Below the pieces are notes generated by a model. That model did not search any database, was not told the origin of the DNA, and saw nothing but the letters and a program-made list of their open reading frames with translations. A stretch of DNA of 56,296 nt. Source: an uncultured Arcobacteraceae bacterium (GTDB taxonomy: Bacteria > Campylobacterota > Campylobacteria > Campylobacterales > Arcobacteraceae). Below are positions 30,964-40,734 of the stretch, piece after piece; the stretch's first letter is position 1; every line of letters begins with the position of its first letter. The position numbers and the translations under genes were made by a program. The stretch covers positions 1 through 56,296 of the forward strand of contig CAXHZO010000015.1 of assembly GCA_964022095.1 (NCBI GenBank), in the 5' to 3' direction.

Positions 30964-31033
30964 ATTACAATTATAAAGTCATGCCATTAACATTTATTTA
31001 ATAAATAGTTAATGATTAGTAAATGATAGGGAT

Positions 31034-31600
31034 TTATTTGTCTTCCCATTTAGCAAGTGGAGCTTTGTAGTGTTTTATTTCTAAAATAAGTTCATCTATA
31101 TCATCTGTAATAATAAGCATATCAATAAATCTTTTATCAATAAAGCCTTCTTTTGAAACATTTTTTAAAAAGTTCAATAAATTATCATAGTAACCATTTA
31201 TATTTAAAAATGCACAGGGTTTTTTGTGATATCCCATTTGTGCTAAAGATATTACTTCAAATATTTCATCAAATGTTCCATATCCTCCAGGAAGAGCTAT
31301 AAAGCCATCTGAAAGCTCTTCCATCTTCTCTTTCCTATCATTTATCGTATGAACCCTATAAATCTCTTGTAGGCTCTTATTTTCAATCTCTTTATTTGCT
31401 AAATCATTTGTAATAACACCCGTTACTTTATTTCCATATTTTAAAGATTCATTTGAAATAGTTCCCATTAATCCTTGAATTGAGCCACCATAAACAATTT
31501 GTATAGAATTTTCATATAGTTTTTTTGCAAGTGCTTTTGTTTTTTCTTCATAAATTTTACTAGCTCCAAAAGATGAGCCACAGTAAATAGCTATATTCAT
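31034..31600 (-). CDS. LOG family protein (TIGR00730-type)
   Basis: IYCGSS, VYGG...GLMG, RK..M, LPGGYGTFDE. Confidence 0.92.
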   Translation of the reverse strand: MNIAIYCGSSFGASKIYEEKTKALAKKLYENSIQIVYGGSIQGLMGTISNESLKYGNKVTGVITNDLANKEIENKSLQEIYRVHTINDRKEKMEELSDGFIALPGGYGTFDEIFEVISLAQMGYHKKPCAFLNINGYYDNLLNFLKNVSKEGFIDKRFIDMLIITDDIDELILEIKHYKAPLAKWEDK

Positions 31601-34095
31601 TTTGTATTCCTTAACTTTTCATAAGGTTCAAATATAATCATTAGTCTTGGTAGTAAAAGTAGGGCAGATGTTAAAAGTGAAGCCATTACAACTACTGTTA
31701 AAAGACCAAAATAAATTGTTGGAATTAGATTTGATAATATTAAAATAGAAAAACCTAGCATAATCACAATTGATGTGTAATACATAGCAAAACCGATACT
31801 TTTGTGTGCTCTTTTCATAGCATTCACATAATTATGATCAACTTTAAACTCTTCTTTATATCTATGGATATAGTGAATAGTATCATCAACTCCAATACCA
31901 ATAGAAATAGCTGCAATTGTTATTGTCATAATATCAAGTGGAATATTTAACCAACCCATTATTCCAAAAATAGCAGAAATTGGTACGATGTTAGTTGCAA
32001 GTGCAATAAGTGCAACTTTTATTGATCTAAATAAAATTAAGAACATAATTAATAAAATAATAAGCACAAAACCTAAAGTTTTAATTTGTGAATCAAAAAG
32101 TGATTGAAGCATATTATTGTATAAAACCATTAAATTTGATAACTGAAAAGTAGTCTCTTTATTTATTATAATTTCATCTACATCTTTTTTGATTTTATTT
32201 AATAAATCATTTCTTCTAAGTTCAGGATTAGAATCAACAATTCTCATTGTAATTCTTGCTTCATTTTTTTCAATATTAATATATGGTGATAAAATTAAAT
32301 CTTTGTATTTAACAGGTAGCTCATTATATAGAAGAGCTAAAGTTATTCCATCTAAATCTTTATTGTCATTTAAAGTTTTACCAACTTTTAATAGTGTTGC
32401 CAATGAGTCAACTTTACCAATTTGAGGAAGTGTTTCTAAATAGTTATGAATAGCTGTAATTGTATCCATTTTGTCTTTTGTAAACCAATATTGCTCTTCA
32501 CTACCTGTTTGTTCAAATTCATCAAAAAATGAATCAAACATATCAAAATTAGCATCAGTTTTTTTTGCTTGTACTTTTTTTTGTTCATCTTTAAATTTAA
32601 CAATAATATCAAGTGGAGTAGTTCCTCCTAATTGCTCATCAATAACTTCCATTCCCTTATAAATATCAGTTGATTTTTTAAAATAGTTAATAAAGCTATT
32701 TTCAACTATTAGTTTAGAAGCGCCTGTTAGTGAAAAAGCAACTACAATTATACTTGTGATAATTATGGTTTTTTTTGAGTTTTCTACAATATTAATACAT
32801 TTATTAATTAAAGAAAAATTAGATACTTTTTTCTCATGTTCATCTTTTTTATTCATCATAATTAACATAATAGGAAATACTAAAAATGCAATTATAAGTG
32901 AAATAGCAATACCAGCACTCATCATAAGCCCAAGGTTTTTAACAGGTTGAATACTTGATAAAACTAAAGATCCAAATCCTGTGATCGTAGTAATTACTGC
33001 AAAAAATGAAGGATTGAATTTAGATAAAATAGTATTAATTACTAGCTTATATTGACTAGCATTTTTATATTTTACATTTAACTCTCTATATCTTACAATT
33101 AAATGTAAAATAATAGAAATTGTAATGATCAATTGAAGTGATATAAAGTTTGATGAAATAACTGTAACTTCCCAACCAAATAATCCTAAAAGTCCAGCAG
33201 TTGATATTACAGATAAAATACAAATTGATATGGGTAAAACTATCCATCTTATATGTCTAAAGATAAACCATAAAATAAATATCAAAATAAATACTAATGT
33301 AGAGCCATAGATTTTTAAATCATTTTTTACAAAGCCAATAACATCATTGGCAATCATATTAACTCCACCTAAAAAGATTTTAGAGTTTGATGAGTATTTC
33401 TTTACGACATCTCTTACTTCTTGGATATCTTTACTCTCTTTTTCTCTAAGAAAATCTCTATAGTCTTTAAAATCTTTTTGAACTTTTTCTAGTTCAAGTA
33501 ACTCTTTACTTGAAGCTTTGTTATCTCTTCGTTTTTTTAGTAAACTATTTCTTTTTTCAAGGAGTTCAAAATATTTTTTATCCTCTTTTAAATTTAATAC
33601 AATAGCTGTGGTTTTAAAATCTTCACTTACTAGTGAATTTTTGTATAAAGGTGAAGATAAAAATTCATTTTTTACTAGTTTTTTATCTATATCATTTTTT
33701 GTCTGTAATGTATCAACTCCAGATACTAAATCTGAAATAGGTTTGATAGGTGATTGTAATAAAGGAACGTTTAAAATAGATGTGGTACTAGATATACTAT
33801 CTAAGTTTAAAAAATCATTTGTAAGGTTTTTTATTATTTGTAAATTTTTATCATCTAGTATTTCACCTGACTTTGGCGAATAAGCAACTACTAAAAAGTT
33901 TGGGTTTGTGTAGTTTTTATTAACTTCTCTGAAAATCTTTAAATCTTTATCATCTTCTAGTAATAGTGTTTCTGAAGAGGCATCAATTTCAAGTTTTGTA
34001 GTATAATACCCAAGAATTCCAACAAAACTCAGTAGTATTATTAGAATCGTTTTTGGGTATTTTAAAATTAAATTATCATAAAACTTTTTTATCAT
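31597..34095 (-). CDS. MMPL/RND-superfamily transporter
   Basis: Two repeats of periplasmic loop plus TM bundle, GIGVDDTIH, TTITGFGSL. Confidence 0.9.
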   Translation of the reverse strand: MIKKFYDNLILKYPKTILIILLSFVGILGYYTTKLEIDASSETLLLEDDKDLKIFREVNKNYTNPNFLVVAYSPKSGEILDDKNLQIIKNLTNDFLNLDSISSTTSILNVPLLQSPIKPISDLVSGVDTLQTKNDIDKKLVKNEFLSSPLYKNSLVSEDFKTTAIVLNLKEDKKYFELLEKRNSLLKKRRDNKASSKELLELEKVQKDFKDYRDFLREKESKDIQEVRDVVKKYSSNSKIFLGGVNMIANDVIGFVKNDLKIYGSTLVFILIFILWFIFRHIRWIVLPISICILSVISTAGLLGLFGWEVTVISSNFISLQLIITISIILHLIVRYRELNVKYKNASQYKLVINTILSKFNPSFFAVITTITGFGSLVLSSIQPVKNLGLMMSAGIAISLIIAFLVFPIMLIMMNKKDEHEKKVSNFSLINKCINIVENSKKTIIITSIIVVAFSLTGASKLIVENSFINYFKKSTDIYKGMEVIDEQLGGTTPLDIIVKFKDEQKKVQAKKTDANFDMFDSFFDEFEQTGSEEQYWFTKDKMDTITAIHNYLETLPQIGKVDSLATLLKVGKTLNDNKDLDGITLALLYNELPVKYKDLILSPYINIEKNEARITMRIVDSNPELRRNDLLNKIKKDVDEIIINKETTFQLSNLMVLYNNMLQSLFDSQIKTLGFVLIILLIMFLILFRSIKVALIALATNIVPISAIFGIMGWLNIPLDIMTITIAAISIGIGVDDTIHYIHRYKEEFKVDHNYVNAMKRAHKSIGFAMYYTSIVIMLGFSILILSNLIPTIYFGLLTVVVMASLLTSALLLLPRLMIIFEPYEKLRNTK

Positions 34096-34100
34096 TTTTT

Positions 34101-34700
34101 TTATTTAGTTTCATTAGCTAAAGAATCTTTTAACTCTTCTAGTAATTCATCAAAAGTTTTTTCTTTTAGTTGCCCATTAAATTGTAGTTGGTAAGTTTTA
34201 ATTATACTAACACCAACTAAATCAACATCATAAATATACCATTGCTTATCTTTTCTATTTTCATAGAAATTATAGTTTATTTGGTATGTTTTATCTTTTC
34301 CTAAAAGCTCAGTTTGTAATTGTGCTCTTGAACCTTGATGATCTTTTAATCCAATGATTTTTACTTTTTGATCATTATATAGTTTTAATTTATCAATATA
34401 TGATTTTTTTAATTTTTCTTCAAAAAGCTCTGTAAATTCGGCTCTTTGTTGTGAGTTTATAGATACCCATGTTTGTTTACCTAATGAGAGCATTGCCATT
34501 AAATTATAATCAAAAACTTCATCAATAATTTTAATTATCTGCTCACCTTTTTGATCATTTGTAAGCTCTTTTTTTCCTAAAATTACAAGTACATTATCAA
34601 TTTTTTCTGCCATTTTAGGTTTTATTTCATCTTTATTTAGTGCAAAAACTGAACTAAACCCTAAAGATATTATTAAAAATATTTTTATTAAATTTTTCAT
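34101..34700 (-). CDS. mlaC: MlaC/Ttg2D phospholipid-binding periplasmic protein
   Basis: FDYNLMAMLSLG..W, WYIYDV...GVSII.TY..QF. Confidence 0.88.
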   Translation of the reverse strand: MKNLIKIFLIISLGFSSVFALNKDEIKPKMAEKIDNVLVILGKKELTNDQKGEQIIKIIDEVFDYNLMAMLSLGKQTWVSINSQQRAEFTELFEEKLKKSYIDKLKLYNDQKVKIIGLKDHQGSRAQLQTELLGKDKTYQINYNFYENRKDKQWYIYDVDLVGVSIIKTYQLQFNGQLKEKTFDELLEELKDSLANETK

Positions 34701-34701
34701 T

Positions 34702-35478
34702 TTATTCCTCTATTTGTTTGTTTCTTCTTTGAGTATATATATCTCTTAAAAATGGATATAAATCAAATGCATCTTTTTTAACAGATTCATATTGTCCAAG
34801 TCTTAAAGATGTTGTATTTATTGTTGTTCCTACTTGTATTCCTAATTGCTCATAAAAATTATTTGGTAATTTATATTGAATATCACTTGCACCTGTTGTA
34901 TTTACAGGACTAACGTATCCATCAGCAGCAAGTCCTACAATATCTCTTAAATTCGAAGGTCCTAAAAATGGTAATACAATATGAAATCCTTCTCCTACAC
35001 CCCAATATCCAAGTGTTTGTCCAAAGTCTTCATCATGTTCAACCCAACCTAATTCATTTTTTGCAGGATCCATAAATCCTCCAAGTCCCCATATTGTATT
35101 TACAAAAAACCTACCTAATTCTTCAGCAGAATTCTCAAATTTAAATTGTAAAAGATTATTTACAAATCTTATTGGAAAAAGTAAGTTATTAATAAAATTT
35201 GAAAGACCAACTCTTATATTTTCATGTACAGTGTTTGAGTATCCAGTTGAAACTGGAGATAAAACATATTCATAAACTCCATCATTGAAGTTTGTCATTA
35301 CTCTGTTGTATCCACTTAAGGGATCAAATACTTCTTCTTTTTTTTCTTGTGAGAATTCTGTATCAAATTCATCACTAAATTGTTCAAAAGCATTTTGTGT
35401 ATCAAACGAATTTTCATTTGTATTCTCATTTGCAAATGAAAATATTGATAAAAACAATATTAATATTAAACTCTTCAA
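34702..35478 (-). CDS. mlaA: MlaA/VacJ family protein
   Basis: DPLSGYNRVM..FND, RFFVNT..GLGG, EDFGQTLGYWG, LPFLGPSNLRD. Confidence 0.93.
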   Translation of the reverse strand: MKSLILILFLSIFSFANENTNENSFDTQNAFEQFSDEFDTEFSQEKKEEVFDPLSGYNRVMTNFNDGVYEYVLSPVSTGYSNTVHENIRVGLSNFINNLLFPIRFVNNLLQFKFENSAEELGRFFVNTIWGLGGFMDPAKNELGWVEHDEDFGQTLGYWGVGEGFHIVLPFLGPSNLRDIVGLAADGYVSPVNTTGASDIQYKLPNNFYEQLGIQVGTTINTTSLRLGQYESVKKDAFDLYPFLRDIYTQRRNKQIEE

Positions 35479-35538
35479 ACTCTTCCTTCTTTAAAAATAA
35501 TTGAGATTATACTTAAAAAATGTGTAAAAAATGTTAAA

Positions 35539-36387
35539 CTAGTTATTTAATAAATTTAAAATCTTAATTGCTTGCAGGGGATCTACTTGAATACCATGTA
35601 TTCTAAAAGCAAAGTGTAAGTGTGGTCCTGTAACTCTTCCGGTATCTCCACTTAGCCCTAGAACTTCGCCTTTTTTGATGAAGTCTCCCACTTTATAATT
35701 CATTTTTATTAAATGAAAATAACAACTATATACACCCTGTCCATGGTCAATAACTATAGAATTACCCGAATAAAATCTATTTTCTGAAATTCTTACAATT
35801 CCACTATTTGAAGCAATGATAGGTGTGCCATTTTTTGCTTTAAAATCTGTTCCACTATGATAAGACTTTAGTTTTCCATTATAAACTCTTTTTGTTCCAA
35901 AATTACTTGTTATTTTTGAGTTTAGAGGATTTATAAAATCTTTATTCCAATAAATTTTTTCTGATTTACTATTATAAACTTTCATAGCTTGGATATACTC
36001 TTTTTTAGTTCTTTCTGCCCTTGACTTTGGTGGTTTAAACTTTGATGGTTTTACATTAATTACTTCACTTTTATATTTTCCATCAACTACTTTTAAATCA
36101 CTTCCTTTAAATACTCTTTTTTCATTTTCTAAATAAGAGATAATAACACGGTAGTTGTCTTTTTTTTGATAATAAGATATTGGGACTAGAGCATAAAAAC
36201 TATTTTCTTTAAATGGATTTTCATAAAAATCAATATTTTGTTTATCAAAAGTAAGTTTAACATCACTAATATTTTCTTTTGTAACTTCAACTAGCACGGT
36301 ATTGGCATTTTTAACTACATTTGAAGAGAGTTTTAATGCAAATAAATTGTAATTTAGTATTAAAATAATAAGTATAATTTTTTTCAT
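35539..36387 (-). CDS. M23 family metallopeptidase
   Basis: HSGTDF, DHGQG, YFHL, TGPHLHF. Confidence 0.92.
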   Translation of the reverse strand: MKKIILIILILNYNLFALKLSSNVVKNANTVLVEVTKENISDVKLTFDKQNIDFYENPFKENSFYALVPISYYQKKDNYRVIISYLENEKRVFKGSDLKVVDGKYKSEVINVKPSKFKPPKSRAERTKKEYIQAMKVYNSKSEKIYWNKDFINPLNSKITSNFGTKRVYNGKLKSYHSGTDFKAKNGTPIIASNSGIVRISENRFYSGNSIVIDHGQGVYSCYFHLIKMNYKVGDFIKKGEVLGLSGDTGRVTGPHLHFAFRIHGIQVDPLQAIKILNLLNN

Positions 36388-36494
36388 CTGAAAATCTTAG
36401 CAGATTTTAAATTAGGGGTATATAATATATATATTATTACAAACCTGCTATAATCCATCAAAAATTTAGAAAAATCAATATAATTGGAGTTAAT

Positions 36495-37205
36495 ATGGGT
36501 AGAGCCTTTGAGTATAGAAAAGCCGCTAAAATGAAAAGATGGGGAGCAATGTCAAGAGTATTCCCTAAACTTGCTAAAGCTATTGAAATGGCAGCAAAAG
36601 CAGGTGGTGAAGATCCTGAAATGAACTCAGCATTAAGAACGGCTATTTTAAATGCAAAAGCTGAAAATATGCCAAAAACAAACATTGATGCAGCTATTAA
36701 AAGAGCAACAGGAAAAGATGCAGCAAACTATTCTGATGTAAATTTTGAAGGTAAAGGTCCACATGGTGTTTTAATATTTGTTGAAACAGCAACTGATAAT
36801 AATACTAGAACAGTTGCAAATGTTAAAATGCATTTTAATAAAAATGGTGGACAAGTTGTACCAACTGGTTCATTAGAGTTTTTCTTCGATAGAAAAGCTA
36901 TTTTTGAGTTTAATAAAACTGAAGATATGGATATTGAAGAATTAGAATTAGAATTAATTGATGCTGGTTTAGAAGAGATTGAAGAGGAAGATGGAATTGT
37001 GCTTGTAAGTGCAGACTATACTGACTTTGGTACTTTAAATAAAGCATTTGAAGATATGGGTATTGAACTTACTAAAGCTGAGTTAAAAAGAATTTCAAAT
37101 AATCCTCAAGAATTTAGTGAAGAACAACAAGAAGAGATTGGAAAATTATTAGAAAAGCTTGAAGATGATGATGATGTTCAAGCAGTTTATACTAACATTG
37201 CATAA
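36495..37205 (+). CDS. yebC: YebC/PmpR family protein
   Basis: [38 protein letters not shown]. Confidence 0.95.
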   Translation: MGRAFEYRKAAKMKRWGAMSRVFPKLAKAIEMAAKAGGEDPEMNSALRTAILNAKAENMPKTNIDAAIKRATGKDAANYSDVNFEGKGPHGVLIFVETATDNNTRTVANVKMHFNKNGGQVVPTGSLEFFFDRKAIFEFNKTEDMDIEELELELIDAGLEEIEEEDGIVLVSADYTDFGTLNKAFEDMGIELTKAELKRISNNPQEFSEEQQEEIGKLLEKLEDDDDVQAVYTNIA

Positions 37206-37233
37206 TTAAATAGAGAGATTTCTCTATTTAATT
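37204..37233. terminator. Bidirectional hairpin between yebC and the M48 gene
   Basis: AATTAAATAGAGA/TCTCTATTTAATT 13-bp stem. Confidence 0.6.
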
Positions 37234-38043
37234 TACTTGCTTACCGATTAAAGAACTACTACTATTACTACTCGTAGTTTTCATATTACCTGCTTTTACT
37301 TTTTTTATTATATTTTGAATATTTGAAATTCTTGTTGTTGAACTTGGGTGAGTTGAAAAGAATTCATTTGTTTGTTTTTTCCCTGCACTCATATTTTTCC
37401 AAAAGTTTAAAGCTTCATTTGGATTGTAACCAGCTTTTATCATAAGGTATATACCAATTTCATCAGCTTCACTTTCTTGAAGTCTTCCATAAGGTAACAT
37501 TACACCCAGTTGAGTTCCTACTCCATATGCTTGGTTAAATACATTTGTATATTGTGGAGCACTTGATGATAATACTATATTACCAAGTAATTGAACACCT
37601 TGTTGTATTTTAGCACTACTCATTCTTTCAGCACCATGTCTTGCAAGTGCATGAGCTATTTCATGAGAAATTACAGTAGCTAATTGGTCATCATTTTTAG
37701 CAGCTTTTAAAATACCTGTATATACTACTACTTTACCTCCTGGAAGACAAAATGCATTCATTGCATCATTCTTAACTAAGTTAAACTCCCATTTATAATT
37801 TGGTATATTTGCAGCTTGTGCAATCTTATATCCTATATTTTTAACTCTTCTTGCATCAGGCGTATTTGTAATTACATCTGCTTTTGAAAGAGTTTGCTTG
37901 TATGACTGTTCACCTAATGCTAGCTCTTCTTCTTGAGACATTAATATCATTTGTGATCTATTTGTATATGGAGTTTTATGTGTACATCCATTAATAAATA
38001 GAATAAAAACTACTAGTAAAAGTGTTGCTTTAATATGTTTCAT
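37228..38043 (-). CDS. M48 family metallopeptidase lipoprotein
   Basis: Lipobox INGC, NAFCLPGG, HEIAH, ESEAD, STHP. Confidence 0.92.
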   Translation of the reverse strand: MKHIKATLLLVVFILFINGCTHKTPYTNRSQMILMSQEEELALGEQSYKQTLSKADVITNTPDARRVKNIGYKIAQAANIPNYKWEFNLVKNDAMNAFCLPGGKVVVYTGILKAAKNDDQLATVISHEIAHALARHGAERMSSAKIQQGVQLLGNIVLSSSAPQYTNVFNQAYGVGTQLGVMLPYGRLQESEADEIGIYLMIKAGYNPNEALNFWKNMSAGKKQTNEFFSTHPSSTTRISNIQNIIKKVKAGNMKTTSSNSSSSLIGKQVN

Positions 38044-38106
38044 TTCTTATTCCTTGCATAAAATAAACTATTTTATAATAAAGTAAATTATAAATAAGAA
38101 TAGCTT

Positions 38107-38358
38107 TTATTTTAATCTCATCTCTTCTACAGCTTGAATAATCTCTTGGGCTTCATCTTGTGTTAAATCATTTGCGTTTAAGTCTATTAAAATATTATCA
38201 AAAAAGTTTTTCATCTCTTTTAATTCCTCAAACTCCTCTTTATCTTCAGTTGTTGCTTTCCATGATTGGTTGATGTTTGCTAATTCTGCTAATGCCTCTT
38301 CTAATTCAGGAATAAACTCTTCTGTTAAAAGTTTTTTTAATTTTTCAATATTTGACAT
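38107..38358 (-). CDS. Small acidic hypothetical protein
   Basis: AGGA RBS, helical acidic 83 aa. Confidence 0.75.
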   Translation of the reverse strand: MSNIEKLKKLLTEEFIPELEEALAELANINQSWKATTEDKEEFEELKEMKNFFDNILIDLNANDLTQDEAQEIIQAVEEMRLK

Positions 38359-38529
38359 GATAAATCCTAATTTTTTGAAATTATATCAAATTTTTCCAAT
38401 TATTTTACTTTGAAAATATAATGAATATTAAAGAAATCAAAAGGAAGTTTAAGTCTTATTTAAAACTGTATTACATATAGCGATAATTGATATCATAAAA
38501 TTGAAAACCTGTTCCAAAAAGGATTATTT

Positions 38530-39927
38530 ATGCAATATAGAATCGAAAAAGACACAATGGGTGAAATACAAGTGCCAAATGATAAGTATTGGGGTGCTCA
38601 AACTCAAAGAAGTGTGGAAAACTTTCCTATTGGTGAAGAAAAAATGCCAAAAGAAATAATCGAGGGTTTTGCATATCTTAAAAAGGCTTGTGCAATTGTA
38701 AATAATAAACTTGAAAGATTAGATGATAAAAAAACAACTGCTATTTTACAAGCTTGTGATGAAGTTTTAGAAGCTAAACTTGATGATAACTTTCCTTTAG
38801 TTGTTTGGCAAACAGGTTCAGGAACACAATCAAATATGAATATAAATGAAGTTGTAGCAAATAGGGCAAGTGAAATTTTAGGATGTGATTTTAGAGTGGA
38901 AAAAAAAGTTCATCCAAATGATGATGTAAATAAAGCTCAAAGCTCAAATGACACTTACCCAACTGCTATGAGAATTGCCTTTGTTTTAGACCTACAAAAA
39001 AGATTAATCCCAGCAATAAAAACTTTAAAAGCTACATTTGAAAATAAAGTGAAAGAGTTTGAAGATGTAGTAAAAATAGGAAGAACACATCTCCAAGATG
39101 CTACTCCTCTTACTTTAGGACAAGAAATATCAGCTTACGTTGATATGCTTGATAAAGCCTTATTACAAATAGATGATTCTATGAAGTATATAGTAGAACT
39201 TGCTATTGGTGGAACTGCTGTTGGAACTGGACTTAATTCCCATCCTGATTTTTCCCCAATGGTTGCAGAAATTTTAAATGAACTTACAAATACAAAATAT
39301 AAGTTTAAATCTCACCCGAATAAATTTCATGCCCTAACAGCTCATGATGGAGAAGTTGTCTTAAGTGGAGTTTTAAATGCTCTTGCTTCAAATCTTATGA
39401 AAATTGCAAATGATATAAGATGGCTTTCATCAGGTCCTAGATGTGGAATAGGAGAAATAAGTATTCCTGAAAATGAACCAGGAAGTTCAATCATGCCTGG
39501 AAAAGTAAACCCAACACAAAGTGAAGCTATGACAATGGTTGCAGTTCAAGTTATGGGGAATCATACAACTATAAGTGTTGCAGCATCTCAAGGTAATTTT
39601 GAGCTAAATGTGTTTAAACCAGTAATTGCTTTAAATATTCTTCAATCAATTAGACTACTAAGTGATACAATACTTTCATTTAATGATAAGTGTGCAGTAG
39701 GTATTCAAGCAAATAGGTTTAATATAGAAAAATATTTAAATGACTCTTTGATGTTAGCTACAGCTTTAAACCCATATATAGGATATGAAAAAGCAGCCCT
39801 CATAGCAAAAACTGCTCATAAAAATGGAACTTCATTAAAAGAAGAAGCTATGAATCTAGGTATTTTAACTTATTCGCAGTTTGATGAGTATGTAAAGCCA
39901 CATGAAATGATAAAAGCAAAAGGGTAA
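38530..39927 (+). CDS. fumC: Class II fumarate hydratase
   Basis: [34 protein letters not shown]. Confidence 0.97.
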   Translation: MQYRIEKDTMGEIQVPNDKYWGAQTQRSVENFPIGEEKMPKEIIEGFAYLKKACAIVNNKLERLDDKKTTAILQACDEVLEAKLDDNFPLVVWQTGSGTQSNMNINEVVANRASEILGCDFRVEKKVHPNDDVNKAQSSNDTYPTAMRIAFVLDLQKRLIPAIKTLKATFENKVKEFEDVVKIGRTHLQDATPLTLGQEISAYVDMLDKALLQIDDSMKYIVELAIGGTAVGTGLNSHPDFSPMVAEILNELTNTKYKFKSHPNKFHALTAHDGEVVLSGVLNALASNLMKIANDIRWLSSGPRCGIGEISIPENEPGSSIMPGKVNPTQSEAMTMVAVQVMGNHTTISVAASQGNFELNVFKPVIALNILQSIRLLSDTILSFNDKCAVGIQANRFNIEKYLNDSLMLATALNPYIGYEKAALIAKTAHKNGTSLKEEAMNLGILTYSQFDEYVKPHEMIKAKG

Positions 39928-39935
39928 GAAAAGTC

Positions 39936-40379
39936 TTACACTTTTATCACATAGATACCTTCAAAATCAACGCAAGTTTGATTATCTTCGATTATCGAAG
40001 ACTTTATCTTTAATGAAGCACTACCTTTTTCTTTTAGTTTTTTAGCTACTTTTTCTATCTCATCAATTGAAGGCTTCATTGTGTAACAATATATATCTTT
40101 AGTAACAGGCTTTTTATATGAGTTTTCATTTTTTATTACAACAATATTTTTACTATCTATATTTAGCTCTTGAGAAATAAGCCAACACATACTCCAAGAT
40201 GAGATAATAGTCATAGTACTTAAACTTCCACCAAAAGCTGTTCCTTTATCATTTATATTTATTTGTAATGGAGCTGATGTTATTAATGAATTATTGTTGT
40301 ACTGTTCTATTTTTATATTCATTAATTTTGTTAGTGGTATTTCATTGTGTAGTTTTTCTTGTAAGAGTTCTATAATCAT
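39936..40379 (-). CDS. YiiD C-terminal-type thioesterase domain protein
   Basis: IPL...M, APL..NINDKGTAFGGSL, Y.KPV. Confidence 0.85.
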   Translation of the reverse strand: MIIELLQEKLHNEIPLTKLMNIKIEQYNNNSLITSAPLQININDKGTAFGGSLSTMTIISSWSMCWLISQELNIDSKNIVVIKNENSYKKPVTKDIYCYTMKPSIDEIEKVAKKLKEKGSASLKIKSSIIEDNQTCVDFEGIYVIKV

Positions 40380-40734
40380 TTGTTATCCTTATTAGTATGA
40401 TAAATTATATAGATATAAAGATTAATAAAATATAAATATTTTCCTTCCAATAATGTACAAAAATTGTACAATATTGAAAAGAAAAGTGTAAAATAAATTT
40501 GAATAATAAACTCTGCTAATAAATACTTTTTAAGACTTTAAAAAACTAGTGAAAAGCCTACTACTAGTCATATTTTCAATAAATTAAATTAATTAAAACT
40601 TAAATGCAAAAATTTGTGTAACTTTTATTTACACTATTTAAACTTGTACAAGTGTTTACAATAATTGTACATACGATTTTTTCTCTTTATGCTATAATTT
40701 ATCTAAACTTTTTAAATCGATGAGGAGATAATAT

